DNA of 64,000 nucleotides from Perkinsus olseni (GCA_013115125.1 JABANN010000112.1:1-64000), one strand, 5' to 3'; positions 25,100 to 39,659 are shown, counted from the stretch's first letter. Notes: generated by a model from the sequence alone, not told the origin. Numbers and translations: made by a program.

Positions 25100-27708
25100 C
25101 TGCGAGCGGAGGCTCTGAACTCGTCAAAAGTGACGTAGTCTCGCATGGAGCCTGGCAGGAGAGGCTCGGCCCATAAGGATCGGATCCAGACCCTACGGGA
25201 GTCGACAGACTGCTCACTGCTGCTGCTGCCGTTGTCTTCGGCCTCCGTTATTCGATGAATGAGATCATCTATGAGCTTTTGCGTACTGTCGTACTGCCAG
25301 CTGCCATCTTCATAGTCCAGTAGTAACTAAAACCACTGTACTCCTATTACAGGATGAGGTGAAACCCAGCCGTGGTGATGGTGCCAGCACCACCAGGTGC
25401 GAGCGAGAGTATAAACCCAAGAGGCCTGTTAGGTAGCCGTGCGTCCCTCGTACACTGTTATGATGATTGATCCTTGGGTATAGGGTTTGGGCGTTCACTA
25501 GGGCCTCGACTGAGTCGCCGAAACGTAGCCCATCTGAATAGAAGGCACAGACGGAGTCGCTACGCTGTAGCCGAGGGAAGCAATCGAGAACTTCGTGTGT
25601 TCTTTCCGAGGAGGTCAGCTGATGCACACTAAAGACGATGAGACTGTTCGAGGATGTATGATCTGTACGATGACGATATTCCAGAGCAATCCCAGCAGCC
25701 CTCCTCAGCACGACTAGACGAGCTTGGCGGCACCTTCAAGACAGGCGTCGGCTCGGGAATGGAAGACTCTCAACAGATTCAGGACGTCGCCTTTCATCCA
25801 AGGAGAAGCGCAAGCGTCCAGCCTCATCAAGCGAAACTAACAAAATGAGAGTAGGGTTATTTGAACGAGCGGCCTTATGGTGTACCAAGTCTCCTCGTGT
25901 CACCACTTCAACTGTTTTGCCTCGAATATCTTTCCGACTGGCCGAAAGTCGGTATACATGAAAGGCGCATCGGAGTTGGGCAGACAGCGACCCCTGAGAA
26001 GAAGAGCACCTGGAATGTGTGACGGGCAGCAGTCTCCAGACTACTACACGGATGCTCATCGGTGAGGATTATAATTATTACCTTAAGGAAGAGTTCTATG
26101 GTTGATACGAAATCATACCGGCTGATAGTAGCGCCATACTCACTAGCATCGAATAGGGAGAATAGACGATCTACAACCTACGCCGGGAGCCACGGAAATC
26201 GCCGTCAGCGGTGGGGTTGGTGACATCACTACCGCAGCCGCCTTAAATGGGGTACGATCGGCGAGGCTGCGATGGGAAGTGGTAGGGAGTCTTTTCAAGC
26301 GGGGATCAGCACCCTGGTCAGTGGTGCTCCGAAAAAAAGGCCGCATGAACCTGCACGACAGAAGGTTCGGATCACTCATGCAAGGGGTCCTCTGAGCACT
26401 CGAGAAAGCCTCGCTTAGTGATGGAATTGAGGAGTGTGCTAGCCATGGCCTTGAAGAGGCGGCCGATAGGCTCATCCAGTTCTGGCCGATCTTCCATATT
26501 GCACATCTCCTGAATGTTGATGACGTAACAACAGTAATGTTCGCTGAGCTTCCTCGAAGATGCTATTGGGAGTACTTCGCGGTATTGATGTCTCCAGTCT
26601 GGTGCTGTTAAATTGAGCATCCTGGCTCGGGCGGACTTCGGTATCGCAGTAACAGCATTGCGATGCCCACCCGTCCGGCCGCCACGGACTTGTCGACCAC
26701 GCAAAGAGTATCTGGACGGACCGTGCCACGCATCCAGGATGGACAACCAGTGACCGATGAAAGCCGCCTGCCTCGTTCGGAAAGGGAGGAGGGCCACATT
26801 AATGATATTAGATTGCGCTATATCTCAAGGTCGAGCATATATTGTGCTACAAGATCGGATGCAACAATCCACCCCTACCAACCTCTCCGGTGCCGAGCAG
26901 CTCGATATCGCCGTTGACATTCGCTGGCATAGGGAATATCAGAGGCTAGTCGATGAGGGTGGCAGTACCTTGATGGTCCGAGGGGACCCTAGATTCGGAC
27001 TAGTCCGTAGAGCTCTGAGTGAGGGTCGTGGACGCGGTGTTCTCCTAGTGGCCTTCTTTCTTCGGTATTCATCCCTTAGACGCTGTAGTGCTGCCTGATC
27101 ATCACCAGTAGCGATGACGATCGGAGAGAGCCCCTCCTCCTCCTCCTTCTCACTCCATCAGAGTAATGATCGATCGGGAGTTGTAGCCTGGCCACGGCTG
27201 ACACACTGACTTCACCGGGCATGATGGTTATTGAACTGGTGAGGAACATGACGACAAGATTATCAACGCAAGCCAGGCATTGTCTTCAAGGCTGCTGTTG
27301 TTGCTTAGTAGTAGTGGAGGCCATGAATTTAGCATGCCTAGTATGAAGATTTAGAAGTCTATCACATGAGCTGCTGCTGCTGCTGGTAATATGCTTCGAT
27401 GGTAGGTTGCTCCTCATACTCAGGAGTGGCCTCTGCTGGATGGTGGTGGTGGTGGAGATACTCTGAAATTAATTCGACGAGTACTGCGGATTATATTCAC
27501 TCAGACATTTCACGGATACCTATCACGATCGATAGTGGCGATGAACGACACGATTGAGGGGCTCATACAGAATCCGAGTTATAACAACTTTTTTCTTAGC
27601 ATAGGATACATTAACGATTCGCGTCGCTTAGTGGCAATACAAAGATACTGCGGAGGCGTCCCCTGCGCCGCAGAGCTCACCACCCTCGGTGATGCATTGT
27701 TGCCATCA

Positions 27709-27743
<35 letters not shown>

Positions 27744-28149
27744 GATCTGCTCCCTTCCAACACGGAGAGGCTCCTTCGACGCGACGTACCTACTCAGGGT
27801 GTACCACCGGGCGGGCAACCCGAGGCTATGAACGACAGTAGAGGCCCGAGTGGGATGAAGTAGAGTCATCTTACCTGTCTCGGAATGTGGTTATTGGATC
27901 AGCATTATTGCCAAACTCTTCCGTATAGATCATCTCCAAGAACTTCTTATCAGACACCTCCAGCTTCATGAGGAGCTCATCTCGTCTCCCCTCGGTTCCC
28001 TCTATTATCCTGGACACCTCGGCGCGGTACTTGCCCAGAAGTGGCCATGACTTGGAGGCTGATAACAAATGGAGCTCCCCAACAGCCGATACACGAGCCC
28101 GCTGATATACTACTTCTACTTCTGTTAAAATTTGGAAAATGTTCATCAT
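25100..28149 (-). CDS. Hypothetical multi-exon protein
   Basis: ORF 28149-27871 ends at a GTAAG donor, and further plausible exons lie at ~27830-27600, ~27200-26970, 26797-26372 and ~26360-26143. No domain recognised; ends uncertain. Confidence 0.4.
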
Positions 28150-29111
28150 TTTAAAAATTATTGGAAAAAAAAACTATCATCGTCATTTAATCATTCAAAA
28201 TTATCATTTAACGATGATGGAAGAGCAGCCATCCAGTGAAATTATGCAGAGTATTTAAAGCGGTTCGAGCGGGCCTACTTGAATCAGCGTAGCAGCAAGG
28301 ACGGAATTCACCTAGGTACGCTAGCGGAGGTTGTACCGATTTCGACGACGTAAAAGTTCACCCTCTCTGTGGAAGGGGACCATTCAAGCGGGATGTAGCT
28401 ACTGTACGATGGCAGCAGGGTGGGAACCTCCTTACATGGGTGTTATCATTAATGAGACGAACGATTAATCCCACAGGGAGTTGCTCAGAGTAGAGTTGAG
28501 GAAAATTGGGTATAGAATTATTGACGCATGCAACTCACTCGATGATATCTTCTGTTGTGTGGGCGAGGAGGAGGATTCGATAGTGGTAATCATACAGAAG
28601 GGTATCGTAGGTTGACGGGGAGAGTTGGTGGAAAGATGGTAATAATAACGCTGCAAAAAACTGATATTGAAGAGGTTCTTGAAGTGCTGCCGTGATTCCC
28701 GCAGAGCGGATTCTGAAGCGGGACAGGCCGATTCAAATGATACATGATACATTATCGGCGAATCGGAACGCCTCCCCACGACGGCCCACGAGATAGTGGA
28801 CATGTCATCACAAATTTAATTTCAATTCAAATAATACTTCGGCCCCGCACGTAAGTATTTTAGGGCGAGCGCGATCGTAAGTGCGCTAATGCGTCGCGCG
28901 CAAGGAAGTTTATTTCCTCTCGCACCATACGACTGACCCGGCCATCTGTAGAGTCGTCCTAGAAATCTTGAAGTTGAGAGTGTATGATATGAAACAGGTT
29001 GGGATGACTTGTAGTTGGGTTTTTGTTATCCTTCTTCTCCTTTCCATCATTTTGTCTACTCTTGGAACCTTTCCCTTAGTCGTCTATCAACAGCAGCTCC
29101 CTCGCACTCTT

Positions 29112-32100
29112 ATGGCACTAACGCCACTTTGCAGAACTGCCAAACCCTCCTCCTCCTCCTCCTCCTCATCATCATCAAGTCAACCCGCTGGGGGAGGCTT
29201 CCTACCAGTCACTCATGCATTCTCGAGGTCCTGGACTAGTACCAGCTCACGGCCCCAACCAGCATCATCGTCGTTATCACTGGTAAGCGAAGTCCTTCAC
29301 TCTAGTGATTCCTTACACGCCCACGCACAGCGGGCGTATGATAGCGCCGTCCTTGCATAACATGGCTCCCTCGTTCGCTCTGTTATGTGTACTTATCAAG
29401 GATAAGCCTCACCAGGGGCGAATCGATTTTATGTTTATTTCGTCAGTTTTCGCCGCCTGCGCTGCATTCCCAACTCCCAGCGGAAGCAACACGGTGTTTT
29501 TCTTCAAGGGCAGACGAGGCTCCGGCTGGCCCCTTACCAGACTGGTGGAACGATGAAAAGTTCGTAGTTGGCTTGCGACAGCGTAGGTATCTTTGGGTTC
29601 ACCATGCATGATACGAAACTGGTTGCTCTACAGGTACTGGATTCAACAGAGCGACAATGAAGCATCTGATTTCGATATTCAATTCTTTGGCGAGAGGGAA
29701 GAAGACGCTTGACTTTTCCGATTTTGACAATGGTTTCGCCCTAGTGAACTACTTCATCAACTACGAAGAGTATTCAAGTAGTATCAGAAGGGGGGAGGAC
29801 TCACGGCGGTTGTTAACCCTGCGGCATAGTAGTTTGGTAGCCTCCCGTTGCTGCATCACTGAAATCATGACATCGATCGTGGAATCGTCTTGTCTGTGCC
29901 TGGTATGGCATGTCCCCCTGCGGTCTACTCTCGTCCAGTGTCCGTATGCCTGTGAATGGTCATCCTTTCTGCTAGGCTTGTATGAGGCATCAGGTGGGCA
30001 TCCACCCAAGAGAGTACCATTATCGAAGGATACTTATCTAAGTGCGTTCACTGCATTCGATCGGGACAGGTAGTAGGGGTGAAGAGGAGGCCGCCCTCGT
30101 GATGGTCTCATGGAAGCGCTTAGGGACTACTAGGGCTCGTAGTACAAGCAACACTAGACTTTTCCTCCTCTGGCCTTGTACTCGTATATGAGTGGGCTGC
30201 TGACCCCTCAATCAGTAGTTGCACTAACCCCAATTTCGCTCCTCGTCACATCGTCCATGTACACCCTTTATTTCATGTGTGGGGCGAATAGAGCATACCG
30301 CTATCACGGGATTGATTGGCTCTCTGCTTCGTCGCCGCCCGCCATGGTTCTCACCGAATGCTCTTCCGTCATCCGTGCCCGTAGAGCCCCGCTTCCTGAT
30401 GCAGTCATCCTTACTGGGGATACTCCTAACGTGTCACCGTCATCACCACTGTGTCCATGTTCAGGTCAGGCAATATCGACATAGTGGAGTTCATACAGGG
30501 CATCGCCTGGTTAGCTCGATCCCAGGCCAACTTGAACACATTGGATGCCGCCGCTGACGGTGTGCCCCAGTTGCCCAAGAGCCACTTGGTTAGGGATGGA
30601 AGGAATATCAATCTAGCCTGGTAGTATCCGTACGGGTGGAGGATGATGGTCGTGGCGCCGCTCGCTCATCTTGTTACTTATCTCGAAGAGAGCTCGGGGT
30701 AAGCTCACATCACAGGAGTAGAGACTCTCGGATTATTCTGTCGAATCACGGCGTCGCATTTTTTGTCACGTTGTACTCATCGGAAACCAGAGGGCAGCGA
30801 TCACAAACAGCGGACGCGGGCATAGTTACGTCCCCAGGCCGAATGCGGCGTAGGAAAATGTGTCAGTACGATTCCTTTTTATCAAATGATTTCCTATTTG
30901 CCACTGCTATCCCATTTCCTGTGGCAAGTCTCGAAATGTGACATTCTTGTAGACAGTGCTGCTGTCAACGTTGGCCGGGATCGATCCGGATACCTTTCGA
31001 TTACCAGTGTGCCTTTGTTGTAGGAGCTCTCGACCGCAAATCGTATTAGTGACTAAGAAGTGGGGGAGTAATCGAGCGAAGGAAGCATTATTGGAGGTGG
31101 GCAGATGGCTCAAGACAGCCTTCAATTTACGAGTGTTGATGGACCCTAATGATCCTGATGGTAATAGCCCATGGGGCGATGGTCAACGTGATGGCGTTTG
31201 TCATCACGTGATCATGTATGATTCTGAGGATTGCCATTCCTCCGTCTCGTTGGTCCGAAAGCCTTTCCATCTCACTCCTGCACAATTCGATGATACTTGG
31301 TATTATTATAGTAGGAATGGAATCGTGCAGTGTGTTTCTAAGCTACTCGGTGTTGTACGGTGAGATTCTTTGCGGAATGCCATTGAACGGGTGTTCTACA
31401 ATTTAGCTTTTTCTCATCTGTGCTACTACTCGATCAGTCCCTGGCATTGCCCCCTCCAGATGCGGAAGATTTGCTGAGTTTCCCCCTCTCGGTATCACTG
31501 ACGGTTCTACTATCAGTAGAAAATCGTCCGATGATGTGACTACTAGGAGCTGCGACTGCTGTGAGGAGGATGTTGACGGCCATCAGCAGTTGATGGTTGA
31601 CTTGGTCGTATGCCTGGGCGGAGATGGTACTGTCTTGAGGACGATAAACTGGCTGGAGGAAGGACGATGTACTTTGGGGGTGTGGTGGCACATGGCTTCG
31701 GGCGTTGCTTATAGTTTCGGGAGGGGAGGGCGTGGAGTTTGTAGCGGCCAAGTTGACGCTGCTGTATACAGTGCTGCCCGATGTCCTCCGAAACACTTCC
31801 TTCTACTACTACCATCTAAGTGTGTAGTGCTTCCACCCTCATGCGAAAATATCATTTACCGACTCACCTTGAGTAGTCGGCTATCTGACGCTCATTACGC
31901 TCAGTATGATTTTACCTCCTCACAACAACGGGCATTTCCGTAGCGTTGTACGCTACCTCTACTATCAGTTAACAACACATGTGGTCCATCCTACCTCACT
32001 GATCGTATTCTTTTTGTCAGCTCTACCAGCCTCCGGTGATGATGATGATGATGATGATGATGATATCAATGGGCCACCGATTTCCCCTGCAGACGTTGGG

Positions 32101-33468
32101 TGTCCACGAGGGAATAAGCCAATGACAGTGATGCCTCCACCAATAGTTGCCTTTGCATTGGGGAGTCTGGGCTTCTTAACGCCTCATCCGTTTGATAGGT
32201 AGGAATCGATCATTTGGGCGCGCGCGGTCGTAGGGCGGTTGAACTGACCCGCGATGTGTTTAGATTCAAAACTTTATTGAATCAAGTGATTATTGCACCG
32301 GTACAGGATTGTTTGGGGAAGGATGATAATAAAGATGTTGAGGCGGCAAAAAAGAAGGTAGCTGGCCGACCTGTTCCGTATCTAACGCGATTCAAGCTAA
32401 GATTCGTCCTATTTCAGCGAGTTTTTTGCACACTGCGGTCACGACTACGCTGCGAGGTGATCAAATCTGAGGAGGACCCGAAAGTTCTTGGCATTCATAG
32501 AGTGCTGAACGAATGTTTGATCGCGAGGTAATCATGCAAATCGATCGCCCGATCGATTCTTTGTTTGTGGTTGAAGTTCTCGGCTTGCACGTATGCGCTT
32601 TCTCGTATACCTCAGCAGCCTTGAGTTTCGTGGCGCAGTGATGCTGTTCTTTTTTCAGGGGATGTGTGAGTGCCTTCCATAAGTTTGACTTCTACGTGGA
32701 CGGGCAACTGATGACCCAGTACCAAGCAGATGGATTGATAATCGCTACGCCTAGCGGATCCAGTGCATATAGCATGGCAGCTGGGGGAAGTTTGGTAATA
32801 ATACTGCCGGGAAAATGGGTGAAATTATCCGATCGAACGAGTTATGGGGTGTCTGGACTACCTTCGTAAGCCGAGAAGTAAAGAGACGTGATCAATGGAT
32901 TTTTACGCAGATCGGGTTGGTCGAATTCGGGTGGAATAGTTCCTACGCTATGTCGATGGTAACCTTCTGCTGTCCAGGTTGCTCCTAATGTGCCATGTAT
33001 TTTGGTGACACCAATAGCGCCGCACGGTCTGTCACAGCGACCATTAATTTTACCAGCAGGAGCAACAATAGAAGTAGAAATGGGAAATGGGAGGATTCGA
33101 ACCGGGGACCTTTCGATCCTGAGCAGGTTGGCATACCCAAGGAGTCACGAACTCTGCCTATAGCCAGTTTTGACGGTGCTACTAATGTCGAGCTTGACCG
33201 AGGCAGTCGAGTCAGGATTACGACAAGTGAGGGGAGGGGGCGTTTCGGTGTGGAGGGGTTGTCGACTGAGGTTTATATCTGAGAATTGCCGTGGTACTGC
33301 TGATGGAAACGCCAACCAACTTTTTGCGGATTTTCTGATCATCTAGGATGTTGTCGATGCGTGAGTTCAGGTATGTCACCGGTACCGTTTGTCTCGACTA
33401 CACAGCACCTCGACGATTGGTTCCACAGTTTGAGAAGTAAATTACATTGGGCAAAAGAGCTTAGATAG
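29112..33468 (+). CDS. NADK: EF-hand-fused NAD kinase, copy A (multi-exon)
   Basis: EF loop [92 protein letters not shown]. Confidence 0.9.
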
Positions 33469-33580
33469 GAGAGCGTTTGGCTGTTTGCGGGGACATCGAT
33501 AGGTCCCTAGTTCCATTCCTGGTTGTGTGAATTTAGTATTATAATAATTTACAACTCAGTGAAACACGCTGAACTGGTTT

Positions 33581-33634
33581 TGTGCATAGTACCGGTTAAT
33601 GCACAGGTCGTGGGTTCGATTCGAGGCCTCGGTA
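33581..33634 (+). pseudogene. tRNA-derived fragment (anticodon stem plus T-loop) upstream of NADK B
   Basis: TGTGCAT...ATGCACA pairing followed by GGTCGTGGGTTCGATTC. No intact acceptor stem or D arm. Confidence 0.55.
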
Positions 33635-33677
33635 TCTCTTACTTCGGGCTGTGATTCGATCTTAGTCGTTTACCTGC

Positions 33678-36600
33678 ATGTCTGATCCGTCGCATGATAA
33701 GTCACCGTCCTCGTCATCATCGGCCCCAACACCGATTCCATTCAATCAGGCATCGAGTAAGCGAGGGGTATCGGGTTCGATTCTAGGGAAGAGCGTTTCT
33801 GTGCAATTAAGTCTTATGTTTCCTGCATTAGAGTCCTGCTAATGCAGGACTCTTAAGTAGCCTTAAAAAGTCACGAAACGGGAACTTTCCAAATCGATCA
33901 CGTGATCGATTCGTCAGGTTCTAGTCCGGTTTCAAGCCCTCGAGTAGAAGGAGGCAAGGAGACGAGCCCGAATAGGAGCGGCCGGATGCAGGGCTGGCGT
34001 CGAGTAATAATCGCACAGCTTGTTTCGTGTGCTCGTTATAGATATCTTTCATATCTGAGATTGGCAAGGGTGAATTATGAGACCGAGATTACGTTAGTAT
34101 TGATTTTATCGTGCGTGTATCAGAACCTAGAACACCCATGTATAAAATCACTCAATCACTTTCTCGCGATCCATGATGACCGTGTGTGGCTGTAGTGAGG
34201 GTTCCCTTGCGATATTAAGAGGACAGTTGGACGATGCTGATGGGAATACCTGTATCTTGCATGGGTCGAGCTTGGATTCCTTTCTTCTGGTGATGCTCTC
34301 TCTTCTCAGGGAACCCCGGCATTAACACGGACATTGACGCCGAAGTCTGTTATCGATTTTTGTCGAGAAGCTGCGCAGGAAGCGAATCTTCCAGGAATCT
34401 CGTCTGATGGTATCATATCGCCGGAGCTCAAACCAGTAAGTGGAATCCTGGAAGTCGACGATCATACATCAGGATAGTGAAGATAATAGCACAGTAACAA
34501 GAATAAGATAGTAATTCTTAGTATCATAATCAACATGCGCGTAGAGTACTTGGTATTTTGGGAAGCCGTGTCGTTGCACAGTACAACCCAATCTATTGAT
34601 GTTGCTGTTGTTGGCCGAATGGTTGGTTGTGAAGGCAGCTTTCGGCAGTAGCACACTCGCGTGGCTATTTTGAAGCCCGGGTTAAAACTGGGTCAGTTGG
34701 TTGCGGACTTCTCGTGTTCCTGCCAGGCCTTGCAAGAGTGGTTGGACAAGGCTAAGGTGGTCTCGTCGTTACAGAAACGTGAGTGATGCTTATCTTGCTA
34801 TCTTGCAATTCCTCAACGCTGTCTTGTTGTTCATATATCTCCAGGTACTGGCTTCAATTACGAGACGCTATATCGATTAGCGACTATATTCCATTCTCTG
34901 GCGCGCGGTAAAAAGCATTTGGATCCGATCGATTTTGAGAACGGCTACGCGCTGGTCAATTTTTTCCTCAATTATGATCAGTACGGAGGTGAGTCTACGT
35001 GGAGGAGGGGTGTTGGGATGATCTTGTGTTTCAGAAAAGCACTCGAATATCCCATTAGCTCGGGTGACGTATATGAGCGCTTTCCAGGCATTCGATATAG
35101 ACAGGTTAGTGAATCGATCACGTGATCGATTTGAAGTATCTTTAGCCTTCAGATCGGGCACGATCGACATTGAGGAGTTCATATTGGGAATTGCGTGGTT
35201 GGCTCGATCCCAGAGTAATTTGAACAGTCCTCACACCCCGACAGACGAACCACAACTTCCTCGAAGTCATCCAGTGAGAGATGGAAGGAGCATTAAATTG
35301 GCCTGGTAGTAGTGAGGAGGAATCACGGAATATTGTGAATTTTTGCCGGTGCGTGCGGAGATATCTTACGCGGATTCTTGGAGTTCTTCGGCAGAAAATC
35401 TGATTATGAATCATAACTTGTAATTCCTGCCGTTCATACTGGTTCGTTTGGTCGTAGCGCGCGCCCATGTAATCGATTATTCACGTAATAAGAGGATCTC
35501 ATGCTCGGTAGACTCAGTCTCAAAGCCGTTTAATGGTTTCCTGTTTTTAGGAGCTCCGCTCCACGGACAGTATTGGTAACTAAAAAATGGGGAAATGATG
35601 AGGCAACGGAAGCTTTGGTGGAGGTGGCTAGTTGGGTCAGAGACGAAAGGGGATTAACAGTCCTACTGGATCCTAACGATCCTGATGGTAGTAGAGGGAG
35701 GTCCCTGGTTCGAACCCCAGCTGCGGTATTATTTCCGAGCATTATGGTCGAAGCGTGCATTTCTGCGTAAGAGAATGACGCTGCAAAGTGGTATATTTTC
35801 AGTTGCAGCACAACGTGATCGGGGTCCGTTGTCGAGGTTTGGATGTTTGGGGTGCAAGAAAAGATGCGTTGAAGGGGATGGTGGGGAAGTAGGTTACCCT
35901 ACTCACCTGGTCATCAGATCGATGGCGGCAATCTTGGAATCTTACATTTCCTCAACGCAGGGTGTCCGTATGGTTATGGGAGATGGTAAGGAGGTTAGTC
36001 TAGCGGATCCTGATACATATGAGTGCGACCCCGTGATGGTGGACTTAGTCATCTGCCTCGGTGGTGACGGCACCGTCTTGAGAACGATTATGTGGCTCGA
36101 AAGTGAGTGATTGGGAGGCGAACACGACCACAGGGTTCTCCGAGTTGGTCTACTTTTCACTTTAAATTGATATCAATTTTTGATGCTCGGGAGTGCACCT
36201 CTCGACAAGGTGCGTCCAGTGTGAGGAATGTGGAATGGTCTTCTAGCGTCTCGATACCTCTCTTCTGCCGGATATTCGAGGATTCATCATCGTCAGAGGG
36301 ATCAACGATTACCCTACTTCGTACTCTCATAGCGGCACAGAGCTCCTCATAATCCCACGGCGGCACGTTGAGAAAATGCAAGATGTACCAAGATTGCAAG
36401 TCTGTGTCTTTATCTCAGCTGACAACTTGTATCGTCGTGGGAACATAGTGTCGTTGATGCCTCCTCCTGTGGTGGCGTTTGCCCTCGGAAGTCTGGGCTT
36501 CTTAACGCCCCATTCATTCGAGAAGTAAGCTCACCGACGATTCACTGTGGTCACCTTGTTATACAGACAGAAGTGTATGATGAATCCGTGGGGGCCACCT

Positions 36601-36843
36601 TGTGGTGTAGGTATCGAGAACTGCTGAACAAGGTATTCGATGCCCCAGTGGAGGACGTACTCAAGGCAAATGATGAGGAAAAGTCCAAGGTGGGTTGGGA
36701 AGTGCAGACAAAGTCCCCTACCGGGCCGGCCTTGCGCAGTGCAGGGAACGTCTGACTCAATTTTCTCCCAGTAGAGGCTTGTCTAGGATTCACCTTGGTA
36801 TAACGTGTTGTGTCGTTCGAGCTCGCTGATCACAGCTGCCAAG

Positions 36844-36911
<68 letters not shown>

Positions 36912-37285
36912 CTTAGGTATTCTGCACAATGCGTTCGAGGTTGAGGTGTGAAGTGCTGAGTAAAGTACGGAAGAGTTCAGACGACTCGCCATTGGATGCA
37001 TCAGACGCAGCAGGAGGCTCTGACGGGGTGGAGGAGGAAGTTATACTGCAACAACATGTTCTCAATGAGTGCGTCATTGCGAGGTAAGAAGCGCGCGCCC
37101 TGGTGATCGATCTATCATTGAGGCCTTCTCTTATCAGAGGTGCTAAGGCTGCCCTTCAACGGTTCGACTTTATCGTTGATGGTAAGTACGTGACTCAATT
37201 CCAAGGGGATGGGCTTATCATATGCACCCCTAGTGGGTCTAGTGCCTACAGCATGGCAGCTGGAGGCTCTCTGGTAAGTATTATT

Positions 37286-37317
<32 letters not shown>

Positions 37318-38379
37318 CCATGGTGGTGGTGGTGGTGGTGGCGGCAGCCTATTGGCCTTCCTGGGCCCCGGATCTTCGAGTCAATTGAGTATCTTGCGGT
37401 GTTTCCTCATTGTATTAGTCGTGATGATGACGACCTTCTGATCCTCCCTCCTCACGTCAGGTAGCACCGAATGTCCCATGTATCATGGTAACCCCGATAG
37501 CCCCCCATGGACTCAACCAGCGACCGTTAGTGCTGCCAGCTAGCGCCTCTATAGAAGTGAGTCCGATAACCTCCATCGCATAGCAACTGAGCTCAGCTCC
37601 TAGTGTCATTGGCGTTTGTGGCTGCTGACTCGAATTGAAGCTCGGAACTGTGGCAGACCGCAGGGAAGTTTTGGTTTTCTTGTCGAAACTTTTGTTCCCC
37701 CACCTGGTCTGCTGCGGTATTGCAATGCTTCCTGCTTCTTATTGTTGGTGTTCAGATTGTGATACCTCGCAATACCCGCAGTCTTCCCGTAGCCTGTTTT
37801 GATGGTGCCATCGAGATTGGGCTGGATCGGAGCCAACGAGTGCGGATTACTACCAGTAATGATAACGGATAAGCATGCATCTTGGCTTTACCTACCTGCT
37901 CAATAATTCCCTTTCGGCTCTGCTGGTGTACTGTGATGGTCGGCGCGGACTACAGTCACAACGACACAGCAATGAGGGGCTTTGATGATTGTGCTGCTGG
38001 TGTCGTCGGCCTCCTCTGGGAGTATCCTCAACTCTCTCTTAGCTAATCCCGTGGATCAGGGGCGTTAGTCATGTCATTTCCCTGCTAAGGTTTAGAATAC
38101 ACTGTGTCGAAGAGATCTCATCATCCACACGTCCTCCGGAATCGTCACTGGCTGAGTGACGTGCGGGGGTTCTGTGTGAAAGTTGACGTTTTCGATAGGG
38201 GAATTCCTTCATGCTTAACGCCCTACTGGGTGGACTCCTAGATCCTTCCCAGCGCAGGAGTATGGACCGTTGCTTGGGCAGGTATGTCACCGGTACCATT
38301 CGTATCGTATTCCCAGCATCTTGACGACTGGTTCCATAGTTTAACTAGCAAGCTTCACTGGGCTAAGCAGTTGCGGTAA
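33678..38379 (+). CDS. NADK: EF-hand-fused NAD kinase, copy B (tandem paralog)
   Basis: EF loop [76 protein letters not shown]. Intron positions are shared with copy A. Start inferred from exon 33678-33756 splicing in phase to 33918. Confidence 0.88.
36844..36909 (+). repeat. (GCTGTT)11 microsatellite in a NADK B intron
   Basis: Direct reading of the tandem hexamer. Confidence 0.95.
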
Positions 38380-38411
38380 TCATCATCATTATTGCATCTT
38401 AAGCGTTTTAT

Positions 38412-38735
<324 letters not shown>

Positions 38736-39659
38736 TTAAGAATAGCTGTGGGTTAGTTCAACTTATCCAAAGCATTCCATATCTTGTCTGGTGGTTGGAT
38801 CCGACTATTCCGTAAGGGAACTGTCTGCTCCTTTCGGCTAAACACGGGTCCCTTTGTACGGATCTTCACTACGATGGTCGTATAGTACTGTTGAGGTTGA
38901 AGAAGCGAAGCGATTGGTCCTCATCTCTACTATGGTCTGTCATCTTTTGTTGCCGATCGTCATCGCCTCATAATCATCTCAACATTCGAGAAGTGAAGCA
39001 TGATCATTCTCCCGGCCATATGCGTCGGAGCATTAGATGATAACGGCCGATGCCCCATTCGGTGTGGCTGGTCCGATCGGCTTTCAACGGCGACTGGACT
39101 GAAGGCCCTCCACCAATCACGACCAAACTTATGGCCCTATTCCCAACTATTTCAGCGTGGTTAGTAAATTGTGAAGTCTCCGAAGCACACCTTCACTCAG
39201 ATACGCGACCCTGCTGCATTTGAGCTCAGATGATGCGCTCCCCTCCGCAGGGCTCGACACTTCCATCGTCGCTTAACATGGCCTAGCACACCTTTACCTG
39301 TGTGTTGCGTCCTATGCCACCCGATACACTCGAATGGCACAACATTAGATGCCCTCATGCTGCTAGCGTCACCCACCGGCGTCACCTCAACTGTCTTCTT
39401 TCTTGTGTCCCGGCACTCTCTCCATATGCTCCTTATAATTATCGTATGAGCATCGTTGTTGGTGCTATTGTGGAGGGTCACGCTGCCCGTTAATCATCTT
39501 ATTGTCCTTCTTGCCGATGAATCGTCAGCAAGTCGGCCTACTGCTACGGCAAGTGAAGTCCATGCGTACGACTTGGTCTGCGCGGAGCGGACGATCGATT
39601 GTTGGTCAATAGCTGAAATACTCCTCCCCTTGGCTACTAGCATATTCGACATCACTAGT

